Of a DNA stretch of 35,920 nt, positions 22,547 through 32,756 are shown piece by piece. The notes below the pieces were generated by a model. It was given only the letters and a program-made list of their open reading frames with translations. It had not been told where the DNA came from and did no database searches. Within the stretch, counting starts at the first letter, position 1. The number at the start of each line of letters is the position of its first letter. Made by a program: the position numbers and the translations under genes. Source of the stretch: Octopus sinensis (lineage: Eukaryota); NCBI RefSeq assembly GCF_006345805.1, contig NW_021824706.1:1-35920 (forward strand), given 5' to 3'.

Positions 22547-22963
22547 GGATCTTTTCGGTTTGAACGGCAGTTTTTAACATAATTTCTAGGTAACTAAAAA
22601 ATTTTAAACTTCGTATACTGGTAGAATGTGTTTATAAAACATCTTTTTCTCTTGGCTTTATTGAGAAAATTCTATAGTTTGTAAGATACTTGTTGTTGTT
22701 TTTCTTCAATTTCTGCAATTTCAACCAATCACTGACGTCTATTGAGGTAAAAAAAACATTCTGTGCCGTATGAATATGTCCCTCGTTTAAGAAACAGATT
22801 GGGTTTATTTACATTTGTAAAGAAAAAAAGATACCCTCCCCCCACCCCTAATCCTAACCCTAAAACAGATTGAAATGCAATAGATCGATACTAGGATCAT
22901 AATTATGGGTGACAATTTCATGACACCGCTAGAAAAAAACTGCCGTTCAAACCGAAAAGATCC
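22547..22963 (+). mobile_element. MITE with GGATC termini and 8-bp TSD, containing a CCCTAA-like tract
   Basis: Perfect ~28-bp TIR GGATCTTTTCGGTTTGAACGGCAGTTTT; TSD AAAATGCG (22539-22546, 22964-22971); ccctaatcctaaccctaa at ~22845-22863. Confidence 0.92.
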
Positions 22964-23275
22964 AAAATGCGGATTATATTCGATGATTTACGGTATGCAA
23001 TAAATGATCTCTGTATATCATTAGGTACATGCCACTGCTAATACGTTATCTTTAAGAAGGTCTGTTAGCGCTAACACACACACACACCATTTGACCTGAA
23101 GTTTTGTGGGCGTGTAGGATACGTCCATCTTATCAGATGCTAGGCACAGAAACGGACGTGCCCTAAACGCCCACGAAGCATTAGGTCATGTGAAGCAGAG
23201 TCAAATTTATAAAAAATATATGTAACTCGCAATAAATGTGTCGTTGAGTGCTACTCTTTTCGCTTGATTACTCAC

Positions 23276-23317
<42 letters not shown>

Positions 23318-24054
23318 GTGTGTGTGTGTATACATACACATATATACATAAGTGCATATGTGTTATATATATACATATAGGTTATTTGAGACGCATATCG
23401 ACATAAGAACACTTTGGTTCAATTGAGTAGCTGCCCCAATTATACTGAGTTTTACGTCATCAGTTAAGTAGACATAACACGAAAAGGCAAATCGGTATTA
23501 TCAAACGAAAACAAATGATTTGTGTGTGTGTGTGTGTGTGTGGTGTGTGTGTGTGTGTGTGTCTGTGTGTCTGTGTGTCTGTGTGTGTGTGCTTGCTTAT
23601 TTGTCGTCGGTGAATATTTAATCTTTATACGTGTATGCGTGTGCTAGTGTCTGACTGTATATGCATTTTATATATTTTTATGCATCCGTATTTTCTTGTG
23701 TAGATTGGAAATCAGTTTCTGTCAATAATAACAACGTCCCACCCACCGCAAAAAAAAATAAGGCCTAAGGTTACTTAAGAATCCTATGTTTTTAGCTACA
23801 TTCTAAACTAAGATGCATTTAATTCATCTATTTATATTTACTTATTTATTTATATTGTATTATTGTTTCAGGAACTTCAAAGGAATATCTAAACCGCACA
23901 ATGCTGCTGATTGTGTTAGCGTTACGTCAATTAATTGAAACGAGTCGTTAAACAGCTTGTCGCAAACTTTTACGACGTGACCACCCCCTCTCCAGGTGAT
24001 AACAGCTTCTCTTCCAACTTCCTTCCAGCCTGCTCCTTACCTTCTCAAAGGCAC

Positions 24055-24057
<3 letters not shown>

Positions 24058-24142
<85 letters not shown>

Positions 24143-24158
24143 GTCTCTCTCTCTCTCT
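24058..24158. repeat. (CT)n tract
   Basis: Direct reading. Confidence 0.95.
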
Positions 24159-24615
24159 CTTACTTTTTCCTTTCTATCATTCTTTTATTTGCTTCCTTTC
24201 TTATCTTTGAATGCGTAAGAAAGAAAGAAAGAAAAGAGATAGATGGCGAGAGAGAGAGAGAGAGAGGTGGAGAGTGAGTGAGAAGGTAGTTAAAGTCAAT
24301 TCTTAATTGTCTATGTAGATATTAAAAAAACAATACTCAACATTCATACCCAATTAGGGTACTGGCAAATCGCTTACCTAGCAGGTATGGCCCCAATTCC
24401 ACAACCAGCCTTACCAATACCCACATTGAACCCTTCATAGTCTGAGTAGAAAGTCATAATTTAAATAACATTCTTAAGATTTGCTCTTTCACTGTTTTTT
24501 CTTCAGTCAGATTCCACTCAAAAAGCAGTAGTCAACTAGGAAAAACACTTGACCTAGGAACTCTGCCCCAATAAATGGCTACCTCAATTCATTGAGGGAA
24601 TCTGTGACCTGCCCA

Positions 24616-25625
24616 GGTTAACATGCAGTTTACGGTTGTAAAAAAGTGAAGGTAAATTGCGACAGAAACCGGAAGTAACGACAGTGGCTGCCCAAAATTT
24701 CGTAAAATGAACATATAGAACTCCTTCTTTATATTATCTGATAGTGATAAATATTTCAAAAATAGTATATCGTTCCTATTACTATATCCAGCAATGAAAC
24801 ATCATTGAGAAGTGTGATTGTTTTCATCTTATATAAAACATATGCACGGTGGTTTTCATTGTGTATTATATACATGTACGTTCTGTAAGGTGCCGAGCTG
24901 GCAGAAACGTTAGCACGCCGGGCAAAAATCTTAGCGGTATTTCGTCTGCCCTGACGTTCTGAGTTCAAATTCCGCCGAGGTCGACTTTGCCTCTCATCCT
25001 TTCGGGGTCGATAAATTAAGTACCAGTTACGCACTGGGGTCGATGTAATCGACTTAATCCCTTTGTCCTTGTTTGTCCACTCTATGTTTAGCCCCTTGTA
25101 GGTAGTAATGAAATAGGTATTTCGTCTGTCTTTATGTTCTGAGTTCAAATTCCGCTGAGGTCGGCTTTGCCTATCATCCTATCGGGGTCGATAAATTAAA
25201 TACCAGTTACGTACTAGGGTCGATGTAATCGATTTAATCCCTTTGTCTTTCCTTGTTTGTCCCCTCTATGTTTAACCCCTTGTGGGCAATAAAGAAATAA
25301 GAAACGTTAGCATACCGGGCGAAATTCTTAGCGGTATTTCGTCTGTCTTTATGTTCTGAGTTCAAATTCCGCTGAGGTCGACTTTGCTTATCATACTTTC
25401 GAGGTCGATAAATTAAGTACCAGTTGCGTTCTGGGGTCGATCTAATCGATTGGTTCCCTCTTCAAAAATTTTGGGCCTTGTGCTTAGAGTACAAAAGATT
25501 ATATACATGTACATTCTGTACATTATGTCACATACATCGACTTACGGTTTCCATCGCGGTTTATTTTAAATAGTTTTAGGACAATTCCCTTTCACTTTTT
25601 TACGACTGTAAACTGCATGTTAACC
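24616..25625. mobile_element. MITE-like element with GGTTAACATGCAGTTTAC inverted termini, carrying a nested SINE trimer
   Basis: ggttaacatgcagtttacggttgtaaaaaagtgaa at 24616 versus ttcacttttttacgactgtaaactgcatgttaacc ending 25625; a related right half lies at ~26180-26375. No TSD found. Confidence 0.75.
24888..25497 (+). mobile_element. SINE family B trimer
   Basis: Three collinear core units; ~23-bp TSD attatatacatgtac(g/a)ttctgta at 24865-24887 and 25498-25520. Confidence 0.92.
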
Positions 25626-25689
25626 ATATATTGACGTATTTCAATAGTGTCGAGGAGATGAGTATATACTTAAAAACCTGTTCAGTTTA

Positions 25690-25875
25690 TTCTTTTACTT
25701 TTCGGCCATGCTGGGGCACCACTCTGGAGAATTTTTTGTCGCACGAATCGACCCAAGTGCTTATTTATTTAAAGCCTGGTACTTATTCTATCGGAGTCTT
25801 TTGACGAACCTCTTAGTTACGGGGACGTACACACCACACCTGTTGGTGGTGGGGGAAAACACAGGCACAAACACA
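25690..25875 (-). mobile_element. SINE family A 3' fragment, diverged
   Basis: ttactttt..ggccatgctggggcacc..tacttattctatcgg..acggggacgtacacaccac. Confidence 0.75.
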
Positions 25876-25877
25876 CA

Positions 25878-26030
25878 AGGCTCTGTGGTTAGAGCGTCGA
25901 GCTTACAATCGTGAGATAGTGAGTACGATTCCCGGACCGGTCTGTGTTGAGCTCTTGAGCAAGACATTTTATTTCATGTTGCTCCAGTTCACCCAGCTGT
26001 AGGAATCAGTAGTGACATCAATGGTGCCAA
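25878..26030 (+). mobile_element. Diverged tRNA-derived SINE
   Basis: ctgtggttagagcgtcg..tacgattcccggaccgg..cttgagcaagacattttatttcatgttgctccagttcacccagctg. Confidence 0.7.
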
Positions 26031-26179
26031 GCTCGCCAATAAGAGACGTAGTCGACAACATGGGAGTAGAGATGATTTATTTACATCATATATTCACGAG
26101 CAAGAGTGAAAACAAATTTAGAGATCGTGTAAAAACTATTCATGAATCTCATTTCGTGCATCAATGACTGTATTGTCTT

Positions 26180-26375
26180 CCCGTAAATGTGGTTGTTTTC
26201 ATCATTACAAAATATATGTACAGTTTTCATGATAAATACTTTGGTTATGTCACGTACATTGTTTACAAGAAATTATAGGATATCACTTTCGTCACTTCCG
26301 GTTTCTATTGTAATTTACTTTCAATTTTATTACAATTTAATTTCGCCTTTTTAATGATGGTAAACTGCATGTTAA
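26180..26375. mobile_element. Right half of the GGTTAAC-TIR family
   Basis: gtggttgttttcatc matches 24813; cacttccggtttct..ggtaaactgcatgttaatc matches the terminus of the 24616-25625 element. Confidence 0.65.
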
Positions 26376-26865
26376 TCTCCACTTTTTTGGTCTCACCTAA
26401 TATTTCTATTATTGATGTAAAGAAACTAATATTTTTAAGTAAATAAACGTTTAAATATTTTTAAAAATTCAATTTTGGTGTGAAAATGAGTGAATGTGAA
26501 TGATACAGTGGTGTTTCTGTAATATATACGTGACCGACACTTAGATAAGTAAACAAATATTCGAAGTTACTGACAGAATTTTGTTACGGCAAAAGAAACT
26601 TTCGCGGAGTAATTTTTCAAATAGAAAAATAAATATTTAAGCAAATGACATTGAAATGTCTTAGAAGGACCTATTTTGTAAATACGAAATGAAAATGAGT
26701 ACAAAAAAGCCTATCACTGTAAAACGGGGCCAGTTTTGACATCGTAATCAACCAAAAATGTACTGAAATTTGAAATATTTCAAGCAATAGAATTGAGTGA
26801 CTGTATAAAGAAGCGGGGTGCATGTATAATACATACATACACACACATGTGTGTGTGTGTGTGTG

Positions 26866-26897
<32 letters not shown>

Positions 26898-27099
26898 GCG
26901 TGTGTGTGTGTGTGATGCCTATCCATTATCGCTTGAATGGAACACTGGCGTGGCTACTTTAAGCAAGTGCTTTTACATTTGCCTCATGCCGAGAACAATA
27001 AAAAGAAATTTACAGAAAAATTTAGGGTAAGGTTTCGATTCCTGGTTTGTCTATGGAATATACAACCACTTCTAAACTGAAGAACAAGTTTATCTAGTT

Positions 27100-27850
27100 C
27101 AGTGGTTCTCAACTAGGGTTCATATGGATTCTGGGGGTCCACATAATTTTTTTTATTTGGGAAGGGGTCCATGCAAGCAAAATAGAAAATAGGGGATTCT
27201 AAGTAGTACCATAAGGGCCAATGAAAAACTTTTGCAAGAAACAACTAGGTTCCTTTTATCTGACACTTTACATAGTTCAACATGTTTCCAACTGCTGGAA
27301 CATGTTCTCTCAGAGAATGCAATTTCAAACCTGTATAAGTGAATGTGTGGAAAACAAAACAGTAATTTTGAAAGAAGTACCTATAAAACTACTTATGAAA
27401 CATCTGGAGGGATACGACCGTGCGTAAAGGAGTTGGTGACAGAAATGTCTCCTTTTTAACGCCGCACGGTCGCCCTAACAAAAGACGACGTGATATCGTG
27501 AATGCTGGGGCCTTTTTATAACCTGAGGTGGGCGCCAGTGAAACCTAAAAAAGACTGTGTCATGGGACCTTATTCGAAGGCCGTGATTGGTTGGCTTACC
27601 CACTGGCACGAAACAAGTGAAGAGACAAACTGCGCCACTGTCAACCAATCAGAGCAGTGGACACAACAGGGTCAACATAGTCGAAGATGGTTGTTATCTA
27701 ACACGAGATCAGTTCTAATATATCTCTCAAACAGTGAGGATATCAGCTACGCTACACATCGAATGGCTATGGTGAGGCAGGGATGTCCACCAGAATAAAA
27801 CAGTAATCAAAGGGGTCCAAAGGTAAAAAGAAAATAATTGAAAACCACTA
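27100..27850. mobile_element. hAT (Charlie/Tip100-like) MITE with an internal insert
   Basis: TIRs CAGTGGTTCTCAAC / ATTGAAAACCACTA; subterminal ggggtcca motifs; imperfect 8-bp TSD atctagtt/gtccagtt. Confidence 0.7.
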
Positions 27851-28060
27851 GTCCAGTTGATCAAACAATTGAACGCTCATATGTCAAAATTCAGTCTCAT
27901 AGTTCGTACATGTGGACACTCGCGTTACGTTATACTTTATTTCCGTTTTGTACTATACGTTGGATCACTCTTGAACAGTATTAGTTTTTTTTTTCTATTT
28001 GTAAGAGGTTGCTTATCTCTTCACTCAACTCTTCTCCGAATAAAGGGATGTTGTCAGTGG

Positions 28061-28425
28061 GAATCTTTTCAATATCGTGGCCAGGACCCCAGATCTTTCT
28101 AGTTAACTAAATAATTTGAAACTTCGTGTACTCATAGAGTGGAACTAGTTTATTCGCCAGTTGGAACTAGTTTATTTGAGAAAAATCTATTTTATGACTT
28201 TAATCGTAGATTAAAACTGCGAATTTTAACCAATGAGATTGCTTGTTTTCATATCTAAAACGTTACTGCGATCTGTTAGTGTGAAGTTGAAAGCAGTTTT
28301 GTGACGTAGTCTGCTCTCTCTTTGTAAGTCTGTCTGCCTCCCCCTCTCTTACTATATTACATTTATCTTGCTTGAACTCATTGAAATAAAACGTCCTCCT
28401 TTTTTTCTGTCTGTCTGTCTGTCTG

Positions 28426-28514
<89 letters not shown>

Positions 28515-28645
28515 GTATATATGTATGTTCATATATGTATGTAAATATTTATGAAATAAATAAACACACATATTCGTGCGGATGTATTAAATATCTAAAA
28601 TGTGTGAGCCTTATATAATTAAACTGATGATATATATATATACAC

Positions 28646-28690
<45 letters not shown>

Positions 28691-29150
28691 TGCGTGTAAT
28701 GTATGTATAATTATATATATGCGTGTGTGAGCGTGTGTGTGTGTGTGTCTGTATGCGCGCGTGTGTGGTGTGTGTGTGTGTGTGTGTGTGTGTGATGAAA
28801 GGCAAAATCGACCTCGGCGGAATTTGAACTCAGAACGTAACGGCAGACGAAATACGGCTACGCATTTCGCCCGGCGTGCTAACGTTTCTGCTTTGTTTAC
28901 ATTTAAGATGTTTAATACGTCACCAAATTGGTGGTCGAGACGGAGTAAATAAAATAAAGCCGAATGACGGAATATCATTGGTTAAAATTCTAATTATTAA
29001 ACAACGTTAAACTTAGAAGTTACAATTCCGTTTTCATTCTGGTTTACAATTAAGTTTACTTTTGACACATTCTACCAGTATACGAAGTTTCAAATTGTTT
29101 GGTTCAGTAGGAAAAATTTGAAAAAACTGGCTTCAGAATTGAAAAGATCC
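28061..29150. mobile_element. GGATC-family foldback element with 8-bp TSD; interior filled with microsatellites and a SINE head
   Basis: Ends GAATCTTTTCAAT / ATTGAAAAGATCC; perfect TSD GTCAGTGG (28053-28060, 29151-29158); both arms share aatttgaaacttcgt and gaattttaaccaatga in inverted orientation. Confidence 0.85.
28795..28885 (-). mobile_element. SINE family B 5' fragment nested in the 28061-29150 element
   Basis: gatgaaaggcaaaatcgacctcggcggaatttgaactcagaacgt..cccggcgtgctaacgtttctgc. Confidence 0.88.
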
Positions 29151-29441
29151 GTCAGTGGTCCTTCTCAATCCTTCTCACAGTGTAACGTAGAGAGACAGAC
29201 AGAAGAAAAGATATCGATAGTTGACCTGTACCTCTAATAACTAAAAGATAACGGTGAACTTGCGTGACACTAAATAATACCATTAGCTTTATTCCCACTC
29301 TCTTTTTAATTTAATGACAAACGTGTTTATATACCCACATTCATGTATTAGAAGGCGCGTTACTTAGTGGAAGAAGTATTCCGCTTACGACCGTGAATTT
29401 GAAACCCGGCAGCGTGTTGTGTCCTTGAGAAAGATACTTTA

Positions 29442-30353
29442 TGAGGCGGTATAAAAAAAGCTCCTGGACTAGTTCTGTAGCGCGCCAACAAATGGCAACA
29501 CACGGTTGCGTGTGCACTGACAGCTAGTAGTGACCTCAATGAGGCAGTGTGCCGAGTGACATCGCCGTGTTTACTTTGCAAGTTGTGAAATTTGTGTTTT
29601 AGTGATCACGTGTATGTTGTAGTCTGCGTTTTTGTCATGGACAGGAAGAAAAAGCCATTGTGAAATTTTGCGCTAAACTTGGGAAGTCTGCCACAGAGAT
29701 ATTGAGCATGCTTCAGCAAGCTTATGGCGACGAGGCAATGGGTTGGACGCAATGTTTTGAGTGGTGCGGGCGCTTAAAAAGGTACAACAGAGCCGCAACT
29801 CAATCAAGGGCATGCTTATGGGTTTTTTTTTCGACATCTGTGGTATTGTGGAACGAGAAGTCATTCCTCCAGGCCAGACCGTCAATGGAAGAGTTCAACA
29901 GCGACGTTTTGAAGCGTCTGAGGGAGACATTCAGTGAAAGCGACCGGATCTGTGGAGCGCGAAGATTTGAATTCTTCACGAGGACAATGCACTTTGTCAC
30001 CGAGCTCTCCTCACTCGTGAGTTTCTCGCCAAAAATAACAATAGTATCGCTTCTGCATCCGCCATATTCACCAGATTTATCCCCTGCGAACTTCCATCTC
30101 TTCTCCAAGATGAAAATGCAGCTCAAAGGTTGCCGTTTTAATACCGTTGTCGAGATCAAGTGCGAATCGCAGAAGGTCCGCGACTCGCTTACAGAAAACG
30201 ACTTCCAGGTTGGATTCCAAAAGTAGCAGGATCACTGGAACCGGCGAATCGTTGTGCAAGATGACTGTTTCAAAGATGATGTTAAAACTTAGTTAAATAA
30301 GTTATTCTTTTATTAAACATAACTAGTCCTGGAACGTTTTGATACCACCTTCG
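29442..30353 (+). mobile_element. Internally deleted mariner element (~910 bp)
   Basis: TIRs TGAGGCGGTATAAAAAAAGCTCCTGGACTAGT / ACTAGTCCTGGAACGTTTTGATACCACCTTCG; TA duplicated on both sides. Confidence 0.92.
29660..30226 (+). pseudogene. Mariner transposase remnant
   Basis: N-terminal HTH part (KFCAKLGKSATEILSMLQQAYGDEAM..CFEW) fused to the catalytic C-terminus HPPYSPDLSPANFHLFSKMKMQLKGCRF. The WVPHEL/TGDETW region is missing and the third catalytic Asp reads Asn. Confidence 0.92.
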
Positions 30354-31376
30354 TATTTCCCGTTGTCCAGTCCACTCAGCTGGCAAAAATGAGTTGTACC
30401 TGTATTTCAGAGGACCAGCCTTGTCACATTTTGTATTTGTGTAGCATTCAGTCTTCATATAAGTACATTCACTGTCTTTGTACTGAATGTTTATACCGAG
30501 AAAAGATGTTACTGAGCCTGCTCAGAGCTTTATTTTAGTACGGAATTGGGTGGGATTTTGGAATAGCCATTCCTCAAAGTTCTATGCCTCATGGGAAATG
30601 TTAAGTGAAGTTTTCCTTTATTATTATTCCAGCGGACTTGCGGAATAGTTGTCCCACATAAATTGGAACTTCTCCGTTTTGACGGAGATTTCTAAAATCA
30701 TTTTCTTTTTCTGGCATCACGCATTTCAAAACGAATGGGGAAGGCCATTTCTAAAAAAAAAAAAATATTTAATTCATAATTTTTAAATGTCTGCCACTCC
30801 AACCTTTTTGTGCCTTCACGACAACCATAACCCCTAAAAATTTCTTCCACCCTTTTGTTATTATATTCCATATTCTGAAACACATGTACTCTGCATTTTC
30901 AGAGAAAAATAAATAACAATAAACCCATTTATTTTTTCAAAAACCTGCCCTCCTCCCCTACATCGTCTTTGGAACAGCAACCACTGCTGGAATTTGGATT
31001 TTCTTTTTTGTCATTTAAAAAAAAAATCTTTTTATTGAATTTCACATTCTGAAACACTTGGAATTTGAATCTATAAATTTTTTAAAATTCTTACCCCATC
31101 TTTTTCGTCGTAGCTTTCACTATTAAGAGGATGTTTATCTTTATTTTTTACATACTTTTGCCATACAATAAAAACTTTTCTATACGACAGAAAAATTAAG
31201 ACGAGTAAAACAAGACTATATCAACACCTTAAGTTGATATAATTCCCATAAAATTTAATTATACGAACTAGTTTTATGTCTCATACACGACAAAAACAGA
31301 AATGAACACAAGGGTTTTCTCGGGACGAGGTGTTGATGCGACGAACTGTTACTGAGAGGGAAAGGGGAAAAATGAG

Positions 31377-31881
31377 GTATTTTTATTCAAAAAATATTGT
31401 TTTCTACAATTTATCAGCGGTGTATTTTTCGTTTGTCACTATTATTTATGACATCGTTCGTGCGTTTGTACTGGTTTTAACTTTTAAGGTTTCAGGGTTA
31501 GGGTATTAGGGTTAGGGTGTTAGGGTTAGGGTGTTAGGGTTAGGGTATTAGAGTTACGGTTAAGGTTTTAAGGTTAGAGTTAGGGTTTTAGATTTAGGGT
31601 TGTAATGAATGACAGTGACAAACGAAATATACACCGCCGGAAGTTCTTGTTGACAAACAACAGCAGTAATTTTATTCAGCTGAATACATGTCATTGATTG
31701 GTTGAAATTACCGAAATACGAGAACTTCAACACGAAATAACTTTATAAACATAAGTTTTTCTCAAAAACGCTAAGAGTAAAAGGCGTTTTATATGACACA
31801 TTCTACCAGTATACGAAGTTTGAAAGTGTTTAGTTACAAAAAATTATTTTTTTAAATCTGTAGGTCAAAAGGTAAAGATCC
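31377..31881 (-). mobile_element. GGATC-family element with a long telomere-like tract
   Basis: Right end ..aggtaaagatcc; shares ctaccagtatacgaagttt and attggttgaaat with the 22547 element. Left boundary uncertain. Confidence 0.7.
31487..31601 (+). repeat. Degenerate interstitial (TTAGGG)n-like tract
   Basis: gggttagggtattagggttagggtgttagggttagggtgttagggttagggtattagagtt... Confidence 0.9.
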
Positions 31882-31886
31882 AACCA

Positions 31887-32135
31887 CTAGTGTATTTGCG
31901 TATAGCTTAACAAAGCTATACCGTCACCATTTTTTTGGAAAGAAGTGGGTGGGGGTCGTTTTCTTTGCGTTTCTGAAACTAATCGTGGATGAAAAAATCG
32001 TTGGGAGGACGTAAGCAAGTTGATACAGATGATTTTCAACACTCAATGTGGACTCTGAGAATATTTGCAATTATACTGGTCATGTAACGAGGGTTGTTGA
32101 TTAACTCCTTCATTTTATCGCTATATATATATATA
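31887..32135 (-). mobile_element. Second Helitron-like non-autonomous element
   Basis: Minus-strand 3' end: perfect 9-bp hairpin gtatagctt/aagctatac (31900-31921), then CTAG followed by T; 5' end lost in an (AT)n tract. Same 3' motif at 16137-16171. Confidence 0.55.
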
Positions 32136-32145
32136 TGTTTGTATA

Positions 32146-32743
32146 CTAGTTGTATCGTCCGGCGTTGCTCAGATTCGTTTCGACCCTTTAGAATTGGAAT
32201 TTTTGAAAAGTAAAACTTTTGTATTATGTAGCTTGTTATTCTCTTTAAGTGAACATTTTTCTGGTTGAAATTAAAAAATATTTTTGTTGTTTTTGTAAAA
32301 TCTCAGAAAATAATTAAAAAATTCACATTTTTTATCAAATTATTTTGTTATATTTGTCTATCTATCCAACTGTTAACATTTTAAATATTTCACTAACTTT
32401 TTGTTATAACTTGGTAAAAGGGTAGATATTTTGCCAAAAATTGCCAAATTTGTTCCCACAGTCTTCTTTATTCACAACCAGAATCGTAAACTTTCTCTTG
32501 AAAATATTTCAAACTTGTCAAAATGGCGACACAGCAGTAAAAAAATCGTAAAAAATAGGGATTTTCATAGAAAAAAAGCACCTTTTTGATGTAAATAATT
32601 TTGGGTGTTAACATGGTCCAATTTGAATTTTTCTTCTACGGAAGGAAGCGCAAGCCTTCTTCTATCATACTCGGAGGAGATAGTGTTAGTTGAAGGCTAC
32701 CAAACCTGCCATACACAGACAACTTCAGCTCTCTCTATATAGA
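32146..32743 (-). mobile_element. Helitron-like element, same family as 9933-10325, with a ~240-bp extra segment
   Basis: Collinear homology at both ends; TC start and CTAG end on the minus strand. Confidence 0.8.
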
Positions 32744-32756
32744 GGTATATACATAT

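Larger units (their letters stand above)
29355..30440 (+). mobile_element. Old tRNA-derived SINE split by the mariner insertion (29355-29441 and 30354-30440)
   Basis: The rejoined flanks read ccttgagaaagatactt-TA-tttcccgttgtccagtccactcagctgg, matching the uninterrupted SINE at ~25955-26000. Confidence 0.75.

Noticed and set aside
24888-25497. CRISPR-like or satellite array
   Set aside because: The units are long SINE cores with no unique spacers, and no cas genes are present; the context is eukaryotic.
29673-30259. Minus-strand ORFs of 60-119 aa
   Set aside because: Antisense to the mariner transposase remnant.
31487-31601. True chromosome end
   Set aside because: Short, degenerate, and embedded within a transposon-like element with ordinary sequence on both sides.
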